NCBI RefSeq assembly: GCF_009914755.1
Contig: NC_060942.1
Length of the DNA: 64,000 bases
From: the human T2T-CHM13v2.0 reference genome, Homo sapiens
Strand: one strand, 5' to 3'
Made by a program: the position numbers and the translations under genes. Below the pieces are notes generated by a model that was not told where the DNA came from, did not search any database, and saw only the letters and a list, made by a program, of their open reading frames with translations. Shown here in pieces: positions 15,551-25,164 of the stretch. Each line of letters begins with the position of its first letter. Position 1 is the first letter of the stretch.

Positions 15551-17615
15551 CCAGAGTATGCTTTTGAAGTCAGGTCTTTCTGGCTCCACAGTCTGAAGGT
15601 GTAACACTACCCCAGGCTGCCTCTCCATAGCATGTTTCCTGATTTCTGGTTCAAGAAGACTTTTTCTAACAGGTGTCATTCCTAGATGGCTCTCTTAAGA
15701 TCTTACTCCCTTTGGCATTTTACACCTTACTCATACAATCATTTTTAAAAAATAGCAATTTAAAAAAATACAGTTCAAGTGTTCATCATATCCAGGCATG
15801 CAAGCCTTTTCTAAATTTTTTTAAATAATAAAAAAGCCCCACAGAGGAAAGGAGGTTATTTGTGTCCTCCTGACACACACTTTTAGATTTTGGTTAAAAA
15901 GTCTCTAGTGGGTGCAAAGTGACCCCCTTTGTCACTGGAAACAAATAGGAGCATTCTTTGTGCCACTGTCCACAACCACACAGATATGTTTCCCAAGGGA
16001 GCTCATCAGGTCTTCAAACATTTAGCAAGCATGACATGTGTAAGAGACAGTATTGGAGAAGTAAGACAAGCCTTGCTCTGCCGAAGCTTACAATCCAGGA
16101 GCTCACCCCTTCAAGGAATTTACAGCCTCCAGACAGATAATAACATTAGGTCCATGAAAGCCTACAAGGCAAGAAGTTCAGGAGAGAAAGAAGTCATAAC
16201 CATCTTGGAAGAATCTCAACTTGTTTTATCAGAACTCAAACGCCAATTTCTCACCCCTAGCTTCCCTCATTAGTGCTTATTAACTAGTATTGGGAGGACC
16301 AAGCGAAGAGTAAAGCTAGGGTAGCAGAGGCCATAAGCTAATTGCAAAGGACAGAGCTAAAGAAACATGCTAGTTTCCCCTGAGCACCCAACTGCATGAC
16401 TGAAAATGGATTAATTTGTATTTCTAATGGATATACAAGAAACACGTGAATATGCTAAAATAAATTTAAGGTCAAGCAATGCAAAGTGTTAGTGCGTTTG
16501 CCTTCCACTCTCAGAGGCAGCCTCTATTATTTGGTTCTTGGGCTGCTTCATAAAAAGTTCTGTGTTTTTTAATGGCCTCAGCTTTTGGGAGGCTCAGGCC
16601 ACCTAGCCCATCAGGAGACCAGGCCCGAAGGATGGATCTGAAGAGTGGGCAACGGAGAGTTAAACCAGGGCTGACTTCAACAGGCCCAGTCAAGTCAGGG
16701 GCAAGCACATTGTCCATCCACTGGAAGACGGAAAGGGGAGAGGAAGGCAGGCCCTCCCGACTCACAGGTCACCTCGCAACTTTGCTAGGCACTACCCACC
16801 CTTTAGGGATAAGTGAAGTATGTGGTGGGCATACAAGGCGCACAGGGGAGTCATTCTGGCAAATTCCAAGAAGGTTTTAAGGGCTCCCGAGGCAGGCAGG
16901 CCCAGTTGCTGTTTGGAGCTTCCTTTGGGGTGGGAGGATGGCGGGGGCAGGGGGCCGGGGCGGTGCCTTAACGAGGGGAGATGCTTTTAAATAGCTGCCT
17001 TCCAAAAACCATCCTCCCTGCTTCTTTGAGAAGCACCCAGCTGTTGTTTACCCTCCAGGACAGCAAATCCGGTTATTTGTCTCTCTATTCCGTGATATTA
17101 TAAAGTAATGAATGGTCCATTAAACTAAGTTTGGGATCCCGTCTCCCCACAGCCACCTCCTCGCCGGCACCCTCAGCCGGGGAGGCCGTAGGCTCGGGCT
17201 GCAGCCTGGCAGCCTCAGTCCCCCTCCCTCCACCATTTCCCTCTACTCCCTCCCTCTCCTGCACCCCCTCCCCCCGGTTATTTGGGAGATTAGAGTTCAT
17301 TAATTAAATCCTGTGCTTAGATCGAACTGTAACATTATTCCAATCACATTTATCTTGCAGGCGGCGGAGGAGATGGCAGCCTCGCTGGAAACGCGCGGGG
17401 GAGCCTGAGCCGGCGGCCGGGGACGCACGGCGCTGCGCGCTCCTTCGCCACGCCGCCGCGCAGCCCCTCCATCTTCCTGCTCGGCACCGGGCCCCGCGCG
17501 CCCCTGCCTACGGGGTCCCGCTGCTCTCCGGGGCTCCTGCCAGCCCCAACCCCCGGCCCCGGTGGCCTCCCCCCACCCCCGCCCGGGTCCCCCTCCTCCG
17601 CCACACGCGCGCGCG

Positions 17616-17617
<2 letters not shown>

Positions 17618-17657
<40 letters not shown>
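17618..17657. repeat. (CA)20 microsatellite in the 5' UTR, preceded by (CG)5 and followed by (TA)3
   Basis: Read directly. Ends 76 nt upstream of the ATG. Confidence 0.97.
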
Positions 17658-17663
<6 letters not shown>

Positions 17664-17689
17664 CACGCCAGCGAGCTGCTGGCCGCTCA

Positions 17690-17716
17690 ATGGACCGATT
17701 TCCCCGGTTTCCCTGA
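17690..17716 (+). other. Upstream ORF (MDRFPRFP*) in the presumed 5' UTR
   Basis: ATG GAC CGA TTT CCC CGG TTT CCC TGA. The stop lies 17 nt before the main ATG. Confidence 0.7.
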
Positions 17717-17733
17717 ACCCAGCCCAGCCCGGG

Positions 17734-17912
17734 ATGAGAAACTGCAAAATGGCCCGGGTCGCCAGTGTGCTGGGGCTGGTCATGCTCAGCGTCGCCCTGC
17801 TGATTTTATCGCTCATCAGCTACGTGTCCCTGAAAAAGGAGAACATCTTCACCACTCCCAAGTACGCCAGCCCGGGGGCGCCCCGAATGTACATGTTCCA
17901 CGCGGGATTCCG
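17734..17912 (+). CDS. ST8SIA3: ST8SIA3 coding exon 1 (cytoplasmic tail, type II transmembrane anchor, start of stem)
   Basis: ATG at 17734 gives MRNCKMARVASVLGLVMLSVALLILSLISYVSLKKEN..., a short basic tail plus a hydrophobic anchor. Donor CG|GTGAGT at 17912/17913. 179 nt. Confidence 0.97.
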
Positions 17913-18957
17913 GTGAGTGCGGGCCTCTGTGTTAGTGCCCTCGGGAATTTGGTTGATGGGGTGTTTGGGGAAGGGAAGGCGTGGGGGAGGGGTGTTTTGG
18001 CCTCTCCGAGACTCTTTGGGCCAGATAACTGCGCGGTCCTTCCACTCCTCTCTCTAATTCTCCCTTCCCCCTCCCTGTTATTTTTTTTTTAACCCAAAGC
18101 CCCTAGAAGCCGCTGTCCAAATCGATGTGATTGCATTTCTCGTATTCTTCCTCAGCATCCCTTCCCTCATTTCAGAAATGGGGGTTGGGGGAGGCTTTCA
18201 GGAGGGTGAGGGTGGAGGGAAAGACGGTGTGTTTGTTCGGGAGGGGGCGGCGAGCAGAGATGGACAGGCGTGAGGGGAGCGCCCTCCCCGCGCCCTGTCC
18301 GCAGACTCCGCGGGCCGGGCCCGGGGCGGTGCTGGCGGTTTAATGGCGCAGGCGCCGGACTCCCCTCGCGCCCTCCTCCTTTACTCCCCCACGCCTATCA
18401 AAGGACACGCGGGTTTATTCTCAGGAAGCCCCTGGGGCGTTCTCTCTCAACCCTTTCCCCCGCAGCCACCGCCCCCCACCAGCTTTCCGGGATTTCTGCA
18501 ATTCCCCCGCCCCCTGCGGGAAGCGAGCCTCGGAAGGGCCGCCCACCCTCGCCAGGTCGGAGTCACCGCTCCGCGCTGGGCCGGCCTGTGAAGGCTCCAG
18601 GCGCAGCTTGACGCCGCTCTGCGAGAGCCCCCGCCCCGCTCTGTGACCCCGGGAACTCTCCCAGCAGGGCCTCCTGACGGGCAGGTGGCAACTACAAAGT
18701 GCCACCTGTGGTCCAAGCTGGGACCGAGGCGAGGAACCCAGAGGAGCCTCGCCTGGACCGAGGAGCGGAGTAGGCCGGCGGCCCCCGGGGGTCCCCAGCC
18801 AAGTTATAGGAAGTGAAATCGGACGTGGGTTTGGGAAGGAAGAGGTTAAGGCAGGAACCACCCCCAGACTTTCCCTGGGTCTCCGGTTTCCTCTGCCCTT
18901 TCTCCAAAAACAATTCTATGGGGCTGCAAAGGCGTAGCGGGTCAGGCTGGCGGGGCG

Positions 18958-18978
18958 GCCGCTGTCCGCGGTGCTGAT
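18958..18978 (-). promoter_or_regulatory. RE1/NRSE (REST binding site) in intron 1
   Basis: The minus strand reads ATCAGCACCGCGGACAGCGGC, an 18/21 match to TTCAGCACCACGGACAGCGCC. Both half-site cores and the 2-nt spacer length are intact. Confidence 0.85.
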
Positions 18979-19288
18979 TCCCTGGTCCTCGCAGCGCCGC
19001 GGGCTCCAGCCCTGCGCCCGGCGTGCGCCCTGCTCTCCGCATGACGGCCATTTTATGGTCTCTCCGGCACCCGGAGGGATGGACAATGCAGATGGGGTTC
19101 CCTAGTTTTCTTTTTTTCTCTCGGGTGTGTGTGGGAGCAGAGGGTGGACCAAATGAGAGGGGCTCCGGGACGGAACGGAGCCCGCACGCGTACCAGCCGC
19201 CCTCGCCCCAGCCGCTGCACTTTAATGGCTACCTCGGCTTCCCCGAGCTGAGGCCAGCACGCTTGTCTGTGCTCATGCTCCTCTCCAG

Positions 19289-19411
19289 GTCACAATTTGC
19301 GCTGAAGTTTCTAGACCCGTCATTCGTGCCCATTACGAATTCTCTCACCCAGGAACTCCAAGAGAAACCTTCTAAGTGGAAATTTAATCGGACAGCGTTT
19401 TTACATCAAAG
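19289..19411 (+). CDS. ST8SIA3: ST8SIA3 coding exon 2 (stem region, N93 sequon NRT)
   Basis: Acceptor CTCCTCTCCAG|G and donor AG|GTAGGA. 123 nt, in frame with exon 1: (R)SQFALKFLDPSF...KFNRTAFLHQ(R). Confidence 0.96.
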
Positions 19412-21799
19412 GTAGGATAGGAGGAAAAGATCCAAAAGGTGCTTTTAAGAATTCAAGAGCTCAAAACAAAACAAAACAAAAACAAGCAAACAAAAACATC
19501 TAAAACAACAAACATCTATACGCCCCACCCTCACCATCAGGTGTATCTGCATTGTTTTCTTGGCATGACTGCACAAAGCAATGATCAGGAACCTTCTCCT
19601 GTGTGTGTAGTGTCCTCTCATAAAAAGGACATATCAGGACCAATTTGAATAGCAAAAAAAAAAAAAAGCATTCCACTTGGGCTTGATTGAGCACCATGAT
19701 TTACAGCTAACAAGTCTGGCAAGTACTGCCAAAGCCATCTATTTAAAAAAAAAAAACAGACAAAAGGTTAGTTGCAAAAAGACCACCCAATGCATTTTCA
19801 TTTCCTCACTGAAAAAAACTTGAAAAATAGAATAAAGTGGTATTGTTTCTTTGAAACACACGGAAAATGCCATAATCTGTCTCCATCAAATTACTCGTGA
19901 AAATGCTGGCCCAAATGTATGTAGATATTTAACTATGGTTTTGTTTTGGTTTTGCCTGTTTTCATTGTCTTTACAGCTTTTAACTTACTGTAAAGGTACC
20001 TAACTTAATTCCTACTAATTGTAGCGGTTTCATTTTATACACATAAGATGGTTTTGAGGTTTTGTTTTTTTAGGTGGAAGAAGGATGAGATTTGTTCAAA
20101 TGTATTTATTCTGCTCAGTGATTCTGGTCTACTCTTAGCAAACCACGATAACTCATTACTCCTTCCTTCATGGTGGGATTATTTTACTGCTAAATGGGAT
20201 GTGAGCCATCTAGCGTATTCATTAGAAGTGTGAATACTTATTTTACAAACCACTCTATTTAGGGAGTTGTGTTTTGATCTTAGCATTTCTAGTTATTGCT
20301 CTCTCTCTCTTTTAAAAGTTTAATCTATGGGCAGAATTAAAACAAATTCAGTGGGTATTCATGGTCTCATGAAAATACTGTTCAGATGAAAAGTCAGCAT
20401 ACAGTCATATGATTAACATTTTAAAAACACTTATGTTTAATTATAAATTAGTTCATGAAAATTGATCAATTCTAAAACTCTAGAAGTGTTTTTTTAATAA
20501 TTGGGTTTTAATTCAATATTAATTTTATGGACAACCCAGAACGTTTTCATGGGTAGAACACATTCTAGCTTTCCCCAAAACATGTTTCTAACTCAATAAA
20601 AAATATTCTTCCCACACTAGGCCATGTGACCCAAATGACCAGTCAGAAGAATATTTCCTTCTCAAAACTTCGCTCATTTTAATTAATTAGATAATCTTTC
20701 ATTAAATTTTTACCAGTAGCATTTTAAATCTGCCTTACCTTTTTAACAACTTGTAAGAGTGGTACTGGTAACTTGGGGAGTTTCAAAGATTTCAGTTGCT
20801 GTTGCCTCTATTTTGAAGAATGAAGTCATTTTTAAATTAAAATTCCAAGCAACGGATGATGTGCAAAGCATTTCATTTCATTCCTGCTACATTTAGGCAA
20901 AAGTTATAAGAAATTCACTGGGTTTACTTAACATCGGAGAATCTAGCAGCAGTAGCATGTTACCAGTCTCTCTTGAATGTTTTAAATAGCTAAACTTTAA
21001 GAAGAGATACTTAATTTTACTTAAAGCTCAATATGAAAGCAACGTGAAATTAGTTCTAAGTATCAGTCTTGCCTTGTTTATGTACTGAATTGCTAGAATA
21101 TGGAAATATTTTCAGGATTTATAATAGCCATGTTTTCTAAGGATTAGATTTATTCAACTAAATTGTGTTTCTATATAATCAAGTAGAAAAAACTCCCTGT
21201 TTCATTATTCAAAGGACCTTAATGAGATTATCATCTCATTTCTATTAAATATTCAGCTACACCCACTGCTATTACCATCTTCATATTTTAATAATAGATA
21301 GTGCTGTACTGACTCATATCTATTTGGCTCTTATTTGGACACCACTGATATTTGATATTCTTTGAGCACTTCAGTCCAGTAGCAAACAAGTAGACCCTAG
21401 TTACAAACTATGTGTTACTAATGTTTGTGCATTAATGTGAGCTCTTTCAGGCCTGTGTAAATTGTCTCCCTGTATTTTCTGACACAATTTGCCCTATACC
21501 TCCCTGCTGATCAAATAAGATACACTCTTCACGTAGAGCAGAAAACCAAGGTATGGCAGCTAAAACTGTAAGTTGCATTTACAAGCCTCAAAGAATACAC
21601 CCAGAAATTGACTGAAAGATTAGAATATGCGGAGATTCTGAAGCAGTCCTCCCTTCAAGGACCACAATTATGTATGTATAATCTTTTTTGGATTCAATGA
21701 GCCTAAGATTCCCTCTGAATGAAATGTCAGCATAAGTCATAAGATGGAAAATCAGTTCTTCTGAATGGAATGCTTTTCATGAATTTCTTTTTATTTTAG

Positions 21800-22357
21800 G
21801 CAAGAAATTCTTCAGCATGTCGATGTAATAAAAAATTTTTCTTTGACCAAGAATAGTGTTCGGATTGGACAACTGATGCACTATGATTATTCCAGCCATA
21901 AATATGTTTTCTCTATTAGCAATAACTTCCGGTCACTTCTTCCAGATGTGTCACCCATTATGAACAAGCATTATAATATTTGTGCTGTGGTTGGAAATAG
22001 TGGGATCCTGACAGGGAGCCAGTGTGGACAAGAAATAGATAAATCAGATTTTGTTTTCCGTTGCAATTTCGCCCCTACGGAGGCTTTCCAAAGAGATGTT
22101 GGAAGAAAAACCAATCTTACCACCTTCAACCCCAGCATCCTGGAAAAATATTACAACAATCTCTTGACTATTCAGGACCGTAACAACTTTTTCCTCAGTT
22201 TAAAAAAGCTTGACGGGGCCATTCTTTGGATCCCTGCATTTTTCTTCCACACTTCAGCAACTGTGACCAGGACATTAGTTGACTTTTTTGTTGAACACAG
22301 AGGTCAGTTAAAAGTCCAACTGGCTTGGCCGGGAAATATAATGCAACATGTCAACAG
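21800..22357 (+). CDS. ST8SIA3: ST8SIA3 coding exon 3 (sialylmotif L)
   Basis: Acceptor TTTTTATTTTAG|G and donor AG|GTGTGT. 558 nt. Contains CAVVGNSGILTGSQCGQEIDKSDFVFRCN...DVGRKT, the GT29 sialylmotif L. Confidence 0.98.
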
Positions 22358-22942
22358 GTGTGTATATTTTATTACATTTTACTCATACTCCACCAGATGG
22401 CAAATCAATGTTGTAATCTCTTGGGGGTGGGAGCCATCCAATTCATTAGTTGTTGTGGTGAGTTTAGTAGTAATTAGAAGAAACTCATATGTTTTGTAAT
22501 GAGCGAATGAATGAATCATTCTAGCTAAGAAGTTCCATCTACCCACAGCTGGTAACCAAGTGTCAGATGGAAGGATTGGGGCTTCATCAGTCTCCCGTCT
22601 CTATTCTCTGTCCTCTCCCTTGGTAGTAAGGCTATGGAGCAGTCATGGAAATCACCACAAATCAAGAATTTTCTTTAAATAGATAGCTATATTCCAAGAA
22701 TGCCAATGGCTAAATTAGAGACAAATCAAGTGGTTTTTCTTTTTAGAAACGATGCAGTTGACTTAAATTTATGTTTTGTAGATGTCCAAGGTTAGCAAAA
22801 CACCTAAATCATAAATTGCACAATCTGCCTTTATAATCTGATATTTGAGTGCAAAAACATGAAGAAAGTATTTTATGAGCATGTTGTTATCTCTTGGGAT
22901 TTGATAGACAGATTAGCCAGAGATGCAATATTTTCTTCTAGT

Positions 22943-23131
22943 CTGGTGATTTTCAACTCTGGTTGTATATTAGAATCACTTGAGAGCTTTAAAAATACTA
23001 TTGTCTAGGCTCTGCCTCAAGAGATCCTAATGTAAATTATCTGGTGGGCAGGGAGGTGGAGGCCAGGTACTTGGTATTTTTTAACAACTCTCCTGATGAT
23101 TCCAATATGCAGTCAGAATTGAGAACCACTA
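22943..23131. mobile_element. MER5-type DNA transposon in intron 3
   Basis: ATTAGAATCACTTGAGAGCTTTAAAAATAC...GATTCCAATATGCAG...TTGAGAACCACT. Confidence 0.8.
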
Positions 23132-23437
23132 GTCCAGGGCATTTTATAAAACAAGATTAATTGTAGATTTTTTTTCTTTTAAATCATCTGGAGAAAATTA
23201 TCTCAACTTCAGTTTCCCCTATGTAAGTAGCCTCAGTGTCCTAACATAGCCCTAAATATTATTATAAGTTGGGGTGGGTTCTGGAGACCTGGTAAACAGG
23301 GAATTCTGAAGATCTTTATTCCACAATAGATTTTTCCCATCCCGTAGCCTCTTAAGATGTAAGATCTGTTTAGTTGACCTCTCATAGGAGGAGGAATTAC
23401 AGCCTAATAAACTGGTTTGTATCTCAATGGTAGAGGG

Positions 23438-23568
23438 TAGAGTGATGCCATAATTTACAGTCCAAACTGGAACATTTTCTTTGAGAGAAAGAGGGTGCTA
23501 TTAATAATTACAACACAGATAACTGACAAACTGGGACTGTCCCAGTTCCCCAGGATATATGGTCACCT
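23438..23568 (+). mobile_element. MER81 (hAT-Blackjack) in intron 3
   Basis: TAGAGTGA...GTCCAAACTGGAAC...GCTATTAATAATTAC...ATGGTCACC terminal inverted repeat pattern. Confidence 0.75.
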
Positions 23569-24550
23569 TTTTAAGTGGTGATGTAGCCCAGCTCCTAAGT
23601 TTAAAGATGAATCAACTGAGGTACAAGGAGCAGAAGTTATTTACCCAAAGTCACTGCCCTAAATGAGCAAGACTAGAGTTAGAAGTCAGGTCTCCTGCCA
23701 ACCTGTCCCATGGTCTTTTGATCTCCTTATTTTGCTCCCCTTTTGTTCAATTTAAGTTTGTCTATACCGAAAGGGTTGTCAGAGTCATTCTAGTTCCTTA
23801 GACAGGAATAGTAAAACCAAGACTGAACTTTTAAATTTCATTTGGAAGGGGAAAGGTTCACCTTTGAAATCTTCAAGTAGTGAAGAAGAAACTGCATGTG
23901 CTTAGAAACTTCCAGAAACTATCCTGTGTGGCTGCCTGCCACAAAAGTGGAGTTAATCATAATGTTTCTTAGCCACTCGGGCCTCAAAAAAATACATGGG
24001 TTCAATGAAAACGGGAAGGAAATACAGTCCACAGAAACCTGACTAATGCACAGTTTCATTCTGCCTGCATCTCCAATGATAAATACACACACCACATAGA
24101 AGCCTCAAATATTTGGCGGTGTCAGCAGGAAGGCTTCAGAGTATTAATATTATTTAAATATGGAAGGACTAATAACTATAATTTATTATTTACACTTAAT
24201 GTATCTTACACACTTTCTGAATTTAAAAAATTTAGCATGCCAGATTGTGGCATGCTGAAGATGGGCTTGGGAACCCCTAGTTAGAAGAGAAAGAAGCAAG
24301 GAATACAATTATTTGCAAGAGAGAAGAAAAATAAGGCTCCACAATCTTTCTAAACCCCGAATGAAGGGTTTATTTCTAGGTTTGAGAAAGGAAGAGACGG
24401 AGGAGTTTCCCTTAGATTAAATGACCTCCTTCACCCTATCCAAGAACACTTTATGTAAGAAAAGCACAGTCATTCTTTTTGGTGGCCTTCTGTTGTGTCA
24501 CCGCTGGGTCAGAGCCACACCACTCTTTAGAAAAACCCAGGGGCAGCTTC

Positions 24551-24726
24551 AAAGGCCAGCTTCAAAGGTGTGCAAACAGTGTGATCCCAGGAAATCCCAT
24601 GCTCAGAAGGGCCCAACACTTGGTTTAATACTTTGCTCTTGCACTCGAAATTTTCAATACTTTTTGAACCAAGACTCCACATTTTTATTTCTTACTGGAT
24701 CTCACAAATTATGTAACCAGTTGTGC
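24551..24726 (+). mobile_element. MER91A-like (hAT-Tip100) in intron 3
   Basis: GCTCAGAAGGGCCC..CTTGGTTTAAT...CAAATTATGTAACCAG. Confidence 0.75.
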
Positions 24727-24881
24727 CCAGAAGTTGTTTTTGGTTGCCTAAAATATAATTTCAAAACAAGCACTATTTAAGTTACAGTAACAAATCCACT
24801 ACCCAGCCCAGTCAGATAGACCTTGCTGATTGAAACTTTCAACGCTGACCTCTGAATCCAAATGTACTTATTGTTCCACAG

Positions 24882-25164
24882 GTACTGGAAAAACAAACAT
24901 TTGTCACCTAAACGGCTGAGCACAGGTATTCTTATGTACACCCTTGCATCAGCAATATGTGAAGAGATCCACTTGTATGGATTTTGGCCGTTTGGATTTG
25001 ACCCCAACACAAGGGAAGATCTTCCATACCATTACTATGACAAAAAAGGAACCAAATTTACCACCAAGTGGCAGGAGTCCCACCAGCTGCCTGCTGAGTT
25101 TCAGCTGCTGTACCGAATGCATGGGGAAGGGCTCACCAAGCTGACTCTGTCACACTGTGCCTAA
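24882..25164 (+). CDS. ST8SIA3: ST8SIA3 coding exon 4 (sialylmotifs S, III and VS; stop codon)
   Basis: Acceptor TTGTTCCACAG|G. Contains LSTGILMYTLASAICEEIHLYGFWPF (S), HYYD (III), HQLPAEF (VS) and the C-terminal Cys typical of ST8Sia enzymes. TAA at 25162-25164. Total CDS 179+123+558+283=1143 nt. Confidence 0.98.

Larger units (their letters stand above)
16880..19300. promoter_or_regulatory. ST8SIA3: CpG island spanning the ST8SIA3 promoter, exon 1 and intron 1
   Basis: Abrupt rise in GC content and CpG density relative to the flanks. GC box GGGGCGG at 16957, TATA-like TATAAAG at 17099, CCAAT at 17340. The exact TSS cannot be read from sequence. Confidence 0.9.

Noticed and set aside
18119-18126. 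AAATCGAT as a ONECUT binding site
   Set aside because: Single short partial match with non-consensus flanks, too weak on its own.
17300-19051. Many 70-176 aa ORFs on both strands in the CpG island (e.g. 17562-18092 +, 18421-18861 -)
   Set aside because: Stop-poor GC-rich DNA and the CA repeat (THTH/CVCV runs) explain them. They have non-ATG starts and no domain signature.
19023-19288. Open frame continuous with exon 2, suggesting an alternative N-terminus or acceptor
   Set aside because: Open frames are expected in a CpG island. The AGs after the pyrimidine tract (19137, 19140, 19142) would add 151, 148 or 146 nt, all out of frame.
21843-22499. 218-aa ORF treated as a standalone gene
   Set aside because: It is exon 3 plus intron readthrough. 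The listed start is a TTG Leu codon (L116).
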